From Octopus sinensis (lineage: Eukaryota), in the NCBI RefSeq assembly GCF_006345805.1, contig NC_042998.1:41292001-41356000 (forward strand): a stretch of 64,000 nucleotides of DNA. The letters are read 5' to 3'. A program made the translations under genes and the position numbers. The stretch's first letter is position 1; each line of letters starts with the position of its first letter. A model generated the notes under the pieces. That model was not told the DNA's origin. It saw only the letters and a program-made list of their open reading frames with translations, and made no database searches. Positions 39,700 to 50,278 of this stretch are shown piece after piece.

Positions 39700-41640
39700 T
39701 AACAATTTGCTATACTAACATCAGGAAAATAACCAACCATCTAGTCAGCTATCCTTCTGGTGAACATGGAAGTTAGGCTTCATACCCACTAGGAGACAAG
39801 ATTGGCAGGTGGTTGTGAATATTAATTCCTTCCTTGATAAAGAATGTACTATTCAATATAGACTAGTGATTATGACACCAAAGCAAGAGTTAGATGGCTC
39901 TACAGACAAGATAATCTGGACAAGTATGTATGGAATCTGAAAGATTCCTAAGCCAGACTTAAGTTTAGAGAAGCGCCAAGTGATGGATATGTGAAGAAGG
40001 AGGAAGAAATAGAAACCTAAGCCATAAAAAACTGCTGGGAGCTTATATGAGACAAGTTGCTGTGAGTCACAAATGAGATCTATAGATGAAATCAGGTTCC
40101 AGTCAAATAGAAGGCCTGTGCATCATGTTGATAATGTTAGAATAGTACAGTGCGTGCAGACATAAAAACTAAGAGACAGGCCCAAAATAAATGAAAGGAA
40201 AGTTCAAGGAACAGTATCAGGTAGTTAGCCATCAGGTATTCATAACAAGGAGAAAAGTAGAAAGTAAAAAGTTTGCCAATGTTCTGTGATGTGAAGATCA
40301 CAAGCATCAGGTCTTCCACATTGTGAAGAAGTGTGTCATTATGAATCAGGACATTGTTCATGTGTATGTAATGGTAGTGGCATAATTGTTCTTAATAATT
40401 ATTTCTTTATTGCCTACATGGGGCTAAACATAGAGGGGACAAACAAGGACAGACAAAGAGATTAAGTCGATTACATCGACCCTAGTGTGTAACTGGTACT
40501 TATTTAATCAACTCCGAATGGATAAAAGGCAGAGTCGACCTTGACGGAACTTGAACTCAGAACATAATGGTAGACAAAATACTGCTAAGCATTTCGCCCG
40601 GCGTCCTAATGATTCTGCCAGCTCATTGCTCTAATTGTTCTTAATAATGCCAAGAAGGTATGGAAATGCTATTTCAAGATGTTGTTGAATGAGAAGTTGT
40701 AAGGGAGAGAGGACTACCCTGAATAAATCAAACAGAGGGACAAGCTGTTGAAATTGACAGCTATTTGGTTAAACATATGTATGTGAAGGCAGGAAAAGCA
40801 GCTGGACTATCAGTGATAGTCACAAAGATGTTATGGCCAACAAACAAGAAAAATGATAGTTAGTTGCACAGTCAATCAAATGGAACTGGAAAGGCTAATT
40901 CTAGTGATTGGTATAGCAGTGTCAGCATCAACTGCTACAAGGGTAAAAAGTAATGTTAAAAGTTTTAGTTAGTAGGAAAGAAAACATGACTCTGCTACCA
41001 TCTGGAAAGTGGCCATATATGATAAACAGGAAATGAGCAGGTAGAAATTCCATATGTTGTACCTAGTATAAATTAAGGTGCTTAAAGGGTGCAGGAGGGT
41101 CACAGATAGATTGACAGAGAAAAACCTAGTACAATACGTATAGAAGTAGTTAGGAGTTAAAAGCACCTATAAAATATATTCTTTCAAATGCTTTAAGGGT
41201 TCCCTGTAAGTAGTTAGTATGTTTTGTTATCTAAGTGGTAACAGTGAAGTCAACAAAATGATTCCATCTCCAAATGAATGGCAGATTATATGATACTTGC
41301 ATATGAAGTGATGCTGCACATTGGATAGTTGTGAAACAGGCATTGAATGCCAGAGATGTACAAAAGCTTAAAAGAAATGATGTGAGTTTGCTCTGTTGGA
41401 TATGTATTGTTATTGTTCATGAATAACAAAATGCAAATAAGCTAAAAAGTAAAAAGCCAGATATAATTTGAGTCAGATGCAGTGGGCAAGAAGAATGACT
41501 GAGTGGATATAGATGTAATGCATATGGAAGAAAACAGTTAGGTGAAACAAGAGCCAAGTGATCCAAGTAGAAGGAACCTGCGTTAGAAGTCTAAAGAGGA
41601 TATGGAAATAGTGGAGGCTAATCTCAGGAGATAAATCTTA
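39700..41640 (+). mobile_element. Long decayed RTE LINE (endonuclease end to 3' region) interrupted by a SINE; boundaries approximate
   Basis: Remnants LVSYPSGEH, NQDIV, KAGKAAGLS, CYKGKK, ERNDV-like and VEGT. Confidence 0.6.
40400..40631 (-). mobile_element. SINE family A, full length, with 17-bp target-site duplication
   Basis: TSD taattgttcttaataat at 40383-40399 and 40632-40648. Confidence 0.95.
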
Positions 41641-41798
41641 CATTGTAGGAGACACAAAGACTGATTTGTGGTCATACTGGAAAAGATTCCACAAGCCCAT
41701 ATAAGCATAGTCAAAGAGACATAAAATGGAAGTAACAGTGATTTTTATGGTGATTAGGATGAATTTCTCTCTACTTGTTTCTTTCTTCTTACCTTTAG

Positions 41799-41948
41799 GA
41801 AATGGAAGATGATTTACCAACACATCAGCAACAACTGAAGGCACTTAACCGCAATGCACAACATATGATGAAGCAAGACTCTTTATCTAACCAGGATAAA
41901 GAGAACATGAGTAAAGATCTTGAAAATCTCAATACACGATGGAAAAAG
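41799..41948 (+). CDS. Dys: Dystrophin exon equivalent to human exon 47 (150 nt, phase 0 to 0): EMEDDLPTHQQQLKALNRNAQHMMKQDSLSNQDKENMSKDLENLNTRWKK
   Basis: Long pyrimidine tract plus ctttag acceptor, AAG|gtgagg donor. Spectrin helix B/C with terminal Trp. Confidence 0.94.
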
Positions 41949-42241
41949 GTGAGGTTGCTTCATTTGCTTCTTATTTCAAGTTATTCTTATATCAAATCAC
42001 AGTTGCCTACATCTTCCCATTGTATTCATCATCTATAATGATGAAATCTCCTCTCACCTAATTCTATTGAGTGCATTTGTATCCTTCATTATATGATTAT
42101 AAGTTTTTAATAAATATGAGCTTAAATAAACTCAAATACTGTTTTAGATTATTTTTTCTCTTGTGTGTAATTAGATTGAATTTTTAATACTTTCCAGAAA
42201 TCTAAATTTCATTGTTTTGTTTTGATTGGTTCTATTTTTAG

Positions 42242-42433
42242 TTGATAGTTGCAATTCCAGAACGTGTGAAATTTTTAGATGTGAAGCTCAATACTTTACA
42301 AGTCTTCCTGAAAGATCTTGAGGAGTTACAAACGTGGATTACTGGAACCAAAAAGGTTTTAGAGGCCCAACAAAATCCTACTAACTCAAATACTGTCTCT
42401 GAAGAACAAGATTCAGTTGTTATAGATCCACAG
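42242..42433 (+). CDS. Dys: Dystrophin exon equivalent to human exon 48 (192 nt, phase 0 to 0): LIVAIPERVKFLDVKLNTLQVFLKDLEELQTWITGTKKVLEAQQNPTNSNTVSEEQDSVVIDPQ
   Basis: ttttag acceptor, CAG|gttagt donor. AIPER resembles human ALPEK; helix-A Trp present. Confidence 0.92.
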
Positions 42434-42499
42434 GTTAGTTTCATTTTTCATTTTTAACTAAAGATAAACATTAAGTTTAGAAAATAATTTCAATAACCA

Positions 42500-42765
42500 A
42501 AGAGAGAAACTGAAAGAAACCTATCATGTATGTATGTGTGTGTGTACTCTTCTCTAGACATGACATGATGGTTGTAATTGAGCATCATCATCATACAAGC
42601 AAGGATGTTTGTTTCCATTCTTCCATGTAAAACATGTCTGACCATGGTGAGATATTACCTAGCTTCGAAGCATGAGGGTGGGTGACAGGAAGGGTATCCT
42701 AGAAAATTTACCTTAACAAATTCCATGTGACCCATGCAAGCATGGAAAAAAGTGGAATCAGATTA
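42500..42765 (+). mobile_element. Partial SINE (family-B body with RTE-like tail)
   Basis: gaaactgaaagaaacc...gggtgacaggaagggtatcc...gacccatgcaagcatggaaaaaagtgga. Confidence 0.7.
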
Positions 42766-44215
42766 TGAAAGTCATGTGTTTTAAGTTTAAACTTAGTCTT
42801 TGGTTAAGCATCATTTTGACCCTCAGAAAAGCATCACCCACATTAATCTGTTTGAAGATGATAAAAATGTACTGGCAAAATACTTAAATTGATTTAAATG
42901 AGCTAACTCTCTTTACAAATATGTTTTTATTCTAAGCAGAGGAAATCATTGTTTTGTTTCTAAATTTCATTATAATATGTAAAGGCTGCTTGGTATTAGA
43001 TAATTTCATAATCAGAAGTCAGTCATTTTATCTTATTTTACCTAGCTATTACAGAAGGCCTCATTAAATTCAGATTATATTCTTTCTGAGCAGCTTTTGG
43101 ATTCAAAATCTGGAGATTTCATCTCATCTGGTACTTCTCAAAGATTGCAAGAGCGAGTTATTAGATTAGATATGATAATGCAATTAGTATTACTTGCTAC
43201 CGTCTGGCTAACTGCCAAAGGTAGTAACAAATACATAATGATAAAAGCTATAGATATCTATAATACATATGCACATATTTATAAAGTATATACATCTGTG
43301 CATGTTATGCACACTTGAAGCATATAAGATAAACTTAATGATGTGCTGTTCAAATGCTGAACCGCAAAAGAACAGTTTCTGTTTGTCACAATGATGATAT
43401 TAGTGTCGTAAGATTGTTATAAAGATAGGGGATTCATAAAAAAGCAGGTACCTGACATATGATCTTATGCTTATGACTGAATACCTATGTATCTAACAAC
43501 TTCTTCAGATGAATCACAAAGAAGTAATTATATCATGCATTAAGTCAGTTTACCTTGTTCATCTCTGTCACAAATACTAATGATGTTTTCTGTTGTCCTG
43601 GAGCATAAAGAATACCCAAACAGATTCAATATGTTCTGATTGCTCAGCGCAATGTGTGAAGCAGTGCAAGATAACTCTTGAACTTGAAAAGAACAGTAAA
43701 TGTCTAGTGTCAAAACCTATATCCTGTTATGCATTTCTTTCTCTTTTTTTTTTTTTTTTAACCTTTTTTGTGCATATATCACAGGCTTTCTTTACCAGAC
43801 TAATAAAATGTGTAATGAAATGCACACAATCCACAAACCAAATCCTACATAATATCCACTAAGTGTTAATACCTATCCACAATATCTGTACTGAATATAA
43901 AACCATACTCTTGAAAATGAAAATACTACTAGTTTGCAAATTGTTAAATAGCTTGACATTCTGCATTTAAGAGCTCATGTTAATATTTATTTCTTTAGTA
44001 CATACTGATTAAATTAGAGAGTGAATGGTAATAATCAATGAATCTTATTTAATTTTTAATTAAATTTTTATCTAATTTCATAGATACGTTGCTATTCATT
44101 TCTTCTTTCCTTAATCAATTCTTCCGATAGTAATTGTCTCTTAGCTTTTAGGAGAAAAAAGTTGGTTAAATCGGCTACATGCACACAAGTTATTGAATGA
44201 AACACTTGAAGTTAA

Positions 44216-44434
44216 TATGAGAGTGTGCTGAAAAGTTGCTGGCTTTAAGGGTATTGCAAAAGGCCTGGCTGAAGGCCTAACCTTCTGAGTTCTTTTACAA
44301 GGCTTAAAAAAACTGAAGAACCACTAATAAATATGTGAATCTGAGAGGAGAATATGTTAAATAAAATCTTAACTAACTGATCCTCTTGTGTTTTCTTTTA
44401 TCCAAAGCCAGGAACTTTTCTGCACCCTTTCATA
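44216..44434. mobile_element. Tc1/mariner-type MITE with TA flanks
   Basis: Left tatgagagtgtgctgaaaagttgctggcttt versus reverse complement of right tatgaaagggtgcagaaaagttcctggcttt, 27/31 identical. Confidence 0.88.
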
Positions 44435-45653
44435 TATCATGTATCAATTTTACAGTGTGCCATTACTTACAATAACAAGTTGTTCATCCTACCTTGTAGA
44501 ACTTATTAAAAATTAGCCAGATTTAGGCTTTCAAAAGTTGAGTGGCTTGGTCATCAATGTTATGCAGTTCTCATCCTTTAGACTATTGACATTTTAGCTG
44601 ATTATCTAATACCCGATAAGTTTAACCATTTGTAATCTATGATCGGCATTATAAATAATAATTTATTGAAGTTCCTGAAATTCTAATTCTTTAGTGCCAT
44701 TTTACTGTTCCGTCTATATAACTCTTCTATCACTTCCTAACCTTCTAAAATACTTAGGCTTGTTCATAAATACTGTTAGATAAGTAAAATGTGAAAAAAC
44801 CTGAAATAATGTCGAGTAATAACACAAGATTGAGAAATGTTGTTTTCTTTCTTGTTTGTTTTTCTGAAGGGTATAAATAAGATTTTAATATTTTGTGGGT
44901 AACTGCAATGGATTCGAATCTCCAGAATTATAGTGAGTTAATCTGTCTTAAATATAAAACTGAAGGTGAAAGATTTGCTTCTTGTTTAAAAAAATTGAAA
45001 AAAGGTGATTGTTATTATTGTTGTGGCTCATGCACAGGCCAGCTCTGGTCACACAGACTTATTATGACCAAAGATATTCAAGTTGTGACACATGTTAATT
45101 TCATGCATAGAATGTGATATGAAAGAGATTTGGCAGTTACTTCTAGTAGGTCAAGTGACTGCATGAAAATTTTTTACTAACTTAAGATAAGTGTTGTATG
45201 AACAAGTGATTATTCAGATATCTAATTATCTGATAGTTATGGATAATAATATATATAACGGGTTCAAAACTATGGTGATTTAGTTATTGACAGTGGCCAT
45301 AATGAGATATACGCCAAAGAACATTGAGATAGTTAGAGACTTGTTACTAGTCAGAGCAGGATTTAGAAAAGAATCACCTGGAACTATCATAGAGAAATGA
45401 TACTGCAGGTTCATTCAGGCCTTTTCAGTATAACAACTGTTTGATTTTTAACAATAATAAAATTTAAAATATCAAACCTGCAAATTCCCTTCAATACTGA
45501 GGTAAAAATGAGGATATTTTAAATCATAAATATGGGAGGATTTAGGATAGCAATTTTTAAACTATTTCATTTGTCTTGTTGATTGTGTGAAGATTTTGGC
45601 TTTGCTACTACATAAGTTATAACAGGTAAACCTATATCAACTTTTCCTTGTAG

Positions 45654-45870
45654 ACTATGCAGAAAGCTTTGAAAGCACGGCAAGTAAATGTAGACAATAT
45701 CAATCACAAGTATGGTCAGATGGTGAAAGAAGGACAACGGCAGAATATTAAGATGACAGATGCAATTCAAGACCGAGTTGTTCAGCTTAACAACGACTGG
45801 GAACACATACAAATAATGGCTTCTCAGATGAAGCCAGCTTCAGAAGCAGTTGTTGAAGTTATGAAAAAAG
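45654..45870 (+). CDS. Dys: Dystrophin exon equivalent to fused human exons 49+50 (217 nt, phase 0 to 1): TMQKALKARQVNVDNINHKYGQMVKEG...RVVQLNNDWEHIQIMASQMKPASEAVVEVMKK
   Basis: cttttccttgtag acceptor, AAG|gtatgc donor. Human 102+109=211 nt also ends in phase 1. Confidence 0.92.
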
Positions 45871-46527
45871 GTATGCAAATGCATTAGTTCTCTGTTTTAT
45901 GTAACTCATGAAAAAATAAAGCTTTTAAAACTATTTTATTAAGCAAGCCTTAATCTTGCTATCAGTTTTTAATTCCCAATTGGAACACGTTCATTTTATT
46001 TGAGATTTTTGTGTCTATGTGACTTTAAGATGCATAAAGTCATTCACTGTTAAGGTAGGAGTCATACTAAATTTCATACTTATACATTGATCTGCTGCAT
46101 TCATTGTAGTATAAAAGTTCATGTCAAAATCATTGTGGCATGGGTTTTTTGTTATTGTGCAAGTGATATGTTGCAAATGATTTCGTTTACAAACTATAAA
46201 TTAGTAGGCTATTGTTTTCTGAGATATGCTCCATAGAGCTATCTTTTGAAACACATATTAATGTTTATGATTTGTTTCATAATTATTGAATTGTTCACTT
46301 TTAAATTAAATAGCTGATTGAAAGAAAAAAAATGTATCCTAAAAGATCTATAGTAAATCTGATCCAGTCTTGCAATTTAAGTTGATATGCAAATATATTT
46401 AATAAAAAAATATTTTGTTTCTCACTGAAAATAAATGAATTTAATGTCCATCATTATTAAGAATATAAAAATGCTTAACTTATCTTGGGTATTATAAATT
46501 CAATTTCTTTTCTTCTTTTTGTAATAG

Positions 46528-46715
46528 TAAAAGTATCCCATGAGATGCAGCAAGCAAACCATTTGCCTCATGCCGGCACTGCTCGACATTCAGGCTATGA
46601 CAAATCTGTAAATGACATCATGGATTGGTTAGCTTTACAGAATCGAATGCAGAAAGTCAATAAAGCTGTGATTGGCAACATATCTGATATTGAGCAACTT
46701 ATTGTCAAACAAAAG
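46528..46715 (+). CDS. Dys: Dystrophin exon equivalent to human exon 51 (188 nt, phase 1 to 0): (V)KVSHEMQQANHLPHAGTARHSGYDKSVNDIMDWLALQNRMQKVNKAVIGNISDIEQLIVKQK
   Basis: Pyrimidine tract plus taatag acceptor, AAG|gtaggt donor. VIGNISDIEQLIVKQK matches human MVGDLEDINEMIIKQK. Confidence 0.94.
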
Positions 46716-47184
46716 GTAGGTTTTTCACTCGATTTTTAGTTATAGAGAAATTGAATTCGAGAAAAATTCTTTTACTTTTAATTTTATCCTGCTTTCCATG
46801 TTGGCGTAGGCCTGGACAGAATGTCACAATTGAAGTCATTACATATTTGGGGGTACTACTTCCTTAGACAGTACAGATGACCTCGTCTTACTCACACTTC
46901 ACACTTGGCTTCCTAGAACCAGCCACTTTACAAACTGTATTAGGTGCTTTTTTTTTTTTGATACCAGCACTAGAGAGGTGTCACATCCTCAACAAGATTT
47001 AAGAATCTTACTAGCTTACACTTTATAGAGTGTTCTAGGTGTATTTTACATGACACCAGCTTGAGAGAAGAGCATCTATGTCCTTGACCTGACTAAAAGG
47101 ACCTCACAACCTCATGCCTCTTCTTTCTCTCTGGCTCTTTTCAGAATGAGAGGTATTGGCAATAGAGACAAATATCTCAATATA

Positions 47185-47386
47185 TCTATAAACAGCAAAA
47201 TGTCTGTATGTCCTTTATACAAATCCACAGTTTTTCACATAAAAGGCTCGCATTTTCTATGGCCTTTCAAAACTGTCTGAGGATGGTTGTGAAGATCTTT
47301 TCATTTCCCCAGTCACCCCAGAAAGCCATTAAAAAATCGATAAACTGGCTAACACTATGACCGACGTTGCTGGGTCATAGTGCTAG
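47185..47386 (+). mobile_element. Non-autonomous Helitron-like element (202 bp)
   Basis: A|TCTATAAAC...AATGTCTGT 5' end. 3' hairpin ctaacactatgacc...ggtcatagtgctag ending CTAG|T. Confidence 0.8.
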
Positions 47387-48009
47387 TTAGTGATAAAGTG
47401 GGATGAGTGATATGGATATAATGAAAAATAAAAGTTAGAAATGCTTGTTATGAGATGTCAGTGATCAAATCATAGAAACATGATGAAATACTTGAAAAAA
47501 CACAGAAATTTATACATTTGTAAATGGCTAAAGTCACTCTTTTACAATGTAACTACTTCAGTTTCAACATATGATCTCAAATCAAACAACTTACCAGACA
47601 AGCACAACTCTGAAATATCAATCTTTCATATATTGACTTATTCTTTGTAAACTCTGGAAATTGTTTTCAAGAAAAGCCTGAATCATTCATAGTGTATATT
47701 GAATTCAAACATTAATAATGTACACAGTAGTATAAGTCTCAAAAATTTGGTCAAGAGACTCTACATGCTGATGCATTTAATGTTGGTCTTGCATTCATAC
47801 AAATTTTCAGCATAGATATTTAACAAGTCGAAGAATTTTCAACTTGAAAATAATCAGATTTAGTATGTTTATAGTGGTCTAATAGAGCTGCACCGGTTCA
47901 GCATAACTTAGTGACACTGACTCTAAAAGGATTGCTTTCTACATATTCTTTTGTTGAGAAGTTTTATTAGCTTAATTGTACTGAGAAAAAAGAATGCTTT
48001 ATGGAAAAA

Positions 48010-48047
48010 GTGAATCAACTATAAACGTTTGTTTATAGTTGATTCAC
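48010..48047. repeat. Perfect 17-bp inverted repeat with 4-nt loop, 50 nt upstream of the exon-52-equivalent acceptor
   Basis: gtgaatcaactataaac-gttt-gtttatagttgattcac. Confidence 0.97.
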
Positions 48048-48097
48048 ATCTTTTTTTATGTATAAACATTTTTATGACTTTATAAAATCATTTTCAG

Positions 48098-48215
48098 AAT
48101 ACTTTGCAAAATATGGAGAATCGACAACAAGATCTTGAAGACATTCTTCAGAAAGCATCAGTATTACAAAAAGAAACTAATTCTTCTGAAGTTAAGAAGG
48201 CAGTTCAAGAGAAGG
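48098..48215 (+). CDS. Dys: Dystrophin exon equivalent to human exon 52 (118 nt, phase 0 to 1): NTLQNMENRQQDLEDILQKASVLQKETNSSEVKKAVQEK
   Basis: ttttcag acceptor, AGG|gtaaat donor. Matches human ATMQDLEQRRPQLEELITAAQNLKNKT. Not in the ORF track. Confidence 0.94.
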
Positions 48216-48322
48216 GTAAATATAGTTTTTCTTATTAGATATTTGTAAACTTCAGCATCATCACCACTACTACCATCATCATAATTTTTATCTTGAGAAG
48301 ACCTTTTGAGTTTAGTAAAATT

Positions 48323-48857
48323 GTAGTCATTGCTGATGTCAGTGCCACCTGACTGGCTCCTGTTATGGTGGCACATAAAAAGCACCATTTGAGCATGGTC
48401 AATTCCAGAGCTGCCTAACAGTCCCCCATGCCGGCTGCACGTAGAAAGCACCCACTGCACTCTGAGTGGTTGGTGTTAAGAAAGGCATCCAGCTGTAGAA
48501 ACCTTACCAGATCAGGCAAGCTGGCAGAAATATTAGCACACCATGCAAAATGCTTAGTGGTATTTTGTCTGCCGTTATGTTCTGAGTTCAAATTCCACCG
48601 AGGTCGACTTTGCCTTTCATCCTTTCGGGGTTGATAAATTAAGTACCAGTTACGCTCTGGGATCGATGTAATCGACTTAATCCCTTTGTCTGTCCTTGTT
48701 TGTCCCCTCTATGTTTAGCCCCTTGTGGGCAATAAAGAAATAAGAAACCTTACCAGATCAGATTGGAGCCTACTGTAGCCTCCTGGCTTGCCAGTCCTCA
48801 GTCAAACCATCCAGCCCAGGCCAGCATGGAAAGCAGACGTTAAACGATGATGATGAT
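48323..48857 (+). mobile_element. RTE 3' UTR fragment, split by a nested SINE
   Basis: Same tail family as 13572 and 38100. Continuity is restored when 48516-48761 is removed. Confidence 0.88.
48516..48742 (+). mobile_element. SINE family A nested in the RTE tail, with 19-bp target-site duplication
   Basis: TSD agaaaccttaccagatcag at 48497-48515 and 48743-48761. Confidence 0.95.
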
Positions 48858-48869
48858 AAAAACTCAGGA

Positions 48870-49230
48870 ACTCCTTTCATCATTAGTATTAGGTTGGTAT
48901 GAATTGGAGTGGTCTGCAATACAATTTATTTACATACAACCATTCTCATCTCATCTGTTGGGCCCAATATTCAAAGATCCAACCTCATCACTTCTTCCCA
49001 TGTCAGTTTTATCTTTCTTTACTTCAGTACCTTCCACTGTCATTACACAGTACTTTTTCCATTCAAAATAGTTAACATTGCTATTTTGTTCAATGACTGT
49101 GATACACATCTCATTTCTCTTGTATTGCTTTTCATGCAATTTGATGTTACACCCCAACATACTAAACTCATTTCTCTTGAACTCTTGTAGATTTTTCAGC
49201 ATTTCTGATTCAAATGCCATGGTATTTTTT
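48870..49230 (-). mobile_element. Decayed RTE LINE 3' coding fragment
   Basis: ORF 48951..49220: LQEFKRNEFSMLGCN...MTVEGT, matching the RTE ERNEASMLRWMCN...TVEGT region. Confidence 0.7.
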
Positions 49231-49301
49231 CAAAAGTTTATTTCCATATACCTCTCTCTACCTTTGTCACTCAATAAACAGTTTTTTTCTTTATTTTGCA
49301 G

Positions 49302-49504
49302 CTGATGAAATAAGCCATCTTTGGAATGACACAAGATCTGCAGTTTCATCAAGAAAGACTCACTTAGAGGATATGTTACTTGAATGTCGACAGTTTGATG
49401 AAACATACTCTGCATTTAACCGATGGTTACACCAGATGGAAGATGAGGTGAAATCAAAATCACATAACTCTCGAGATATTACAAAATCACTTTCAAACTA
49501 TAAG
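49302..49504 (+). CDS. Dys: Dystrophin exon equivalent to human exon 53 (203 nt, phase 1 to 0): (A)DEISHLWNDTRSAVSSRKTHLEDMLLECRQFDETYSAFNRWLHQMEDEVKSKSHNSRDITKSLSNYK
   Basis: ttttgcag acceptor, AAG|gtaaag donor. LWND...RKTHLEDML resembles human QWDE...RRQQLNEML. Confidence 0.94.
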
Positions 49505-50154
49505 GTAAAGTTTACTACTGCTTTTTCAAAAATTGTGTTTTCAAAATTTAATAGTTTTTTTTTCTATCATTCATTCATTCTGTAGCAATGCATTATCATC
49601 GATATTTAAAAAAATGACTAGCTTTCCTTATGGGGAATAAATAATACATTGGAAATACTGATACCTGTAAAGCACCCACAAATATCCTGAAATGCATTCA
49701 ATCAACTATAGTATTCCTTTCAAAAATTTAATTACCATTGCAACAAGTTGACAGAAATTTGTATCTAGCTTTTTAAGCAATTTCCCAATAAACATGTGTA
49801 AATTCCTTGTGCTAAAAAAAAAAGTTGTAAAATGCATCTCAACGTTCTTCACGACACCCAAAATTATCTCCCTTATCCCAACTTAATTTATAATACCAAT
49901 TAAAAAGACTGACAGATACAGTCATAATTATATTACTATATTCTTAAGCGCAACTACATAATTGATTATAATTAATTATAAGGCTTTTAGTTATATTATT
50001 ATTGATAGCTTTTTCTCTAATAGGTACAATCACTACCTGATATATTTCTATATTTCAAATTAATATATTGTCAAAATTAACTCACACATAGAGAGGACTG
50101 TCTTTGTCTGTGTATGTATATATGTACATGTATATACATACACAAATATATATC

Positions 50155-50185
<31 letters not shown>

Positions 50186-50187
50186 GC

Positions 50188-50233
<46 letters not shown>

Positions 50234-50278
50234 ATATATATGTATGTATGTGTGTGTATATATATATATATATATATA

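Larger units (their letters stand above)
8607..49504 (+). other. Dys: Dystrophin-like gene, internal rod-domain portion (10 exons, 9 complete introns; gene extends beyond both window edges)
   Basis: All ten exons are bounded by AG/GT and have compatible phases (0-2, 2-0, 0-2, 2-0, 0-0, 0-0, 0-1, 1-0, 0-1, 1-0), totalling 1698 nt with no stop. The translation shows the spectrin-repeat Trp pattern and aligns by eye to human dystrophin exons 43-53 (human sequence from memory). Confidence 0.95.

Noticed and set aside
812-48742. Pol III A/B boxes as tRNA genes
   Set aside because: No cloverleaf or acceptor stem. Each continues into a shared SINE body and tail.
8541-49585. ORF-track starts and stops around the exons (e.g. 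8541..8783, 38574..38918, 46485..46739, 49214..49585) as stand-alone genes
   Set aside because: The flanking residues are read-through into polypyrimidine tracts and donor regions. Splice sites define the real coding parts.
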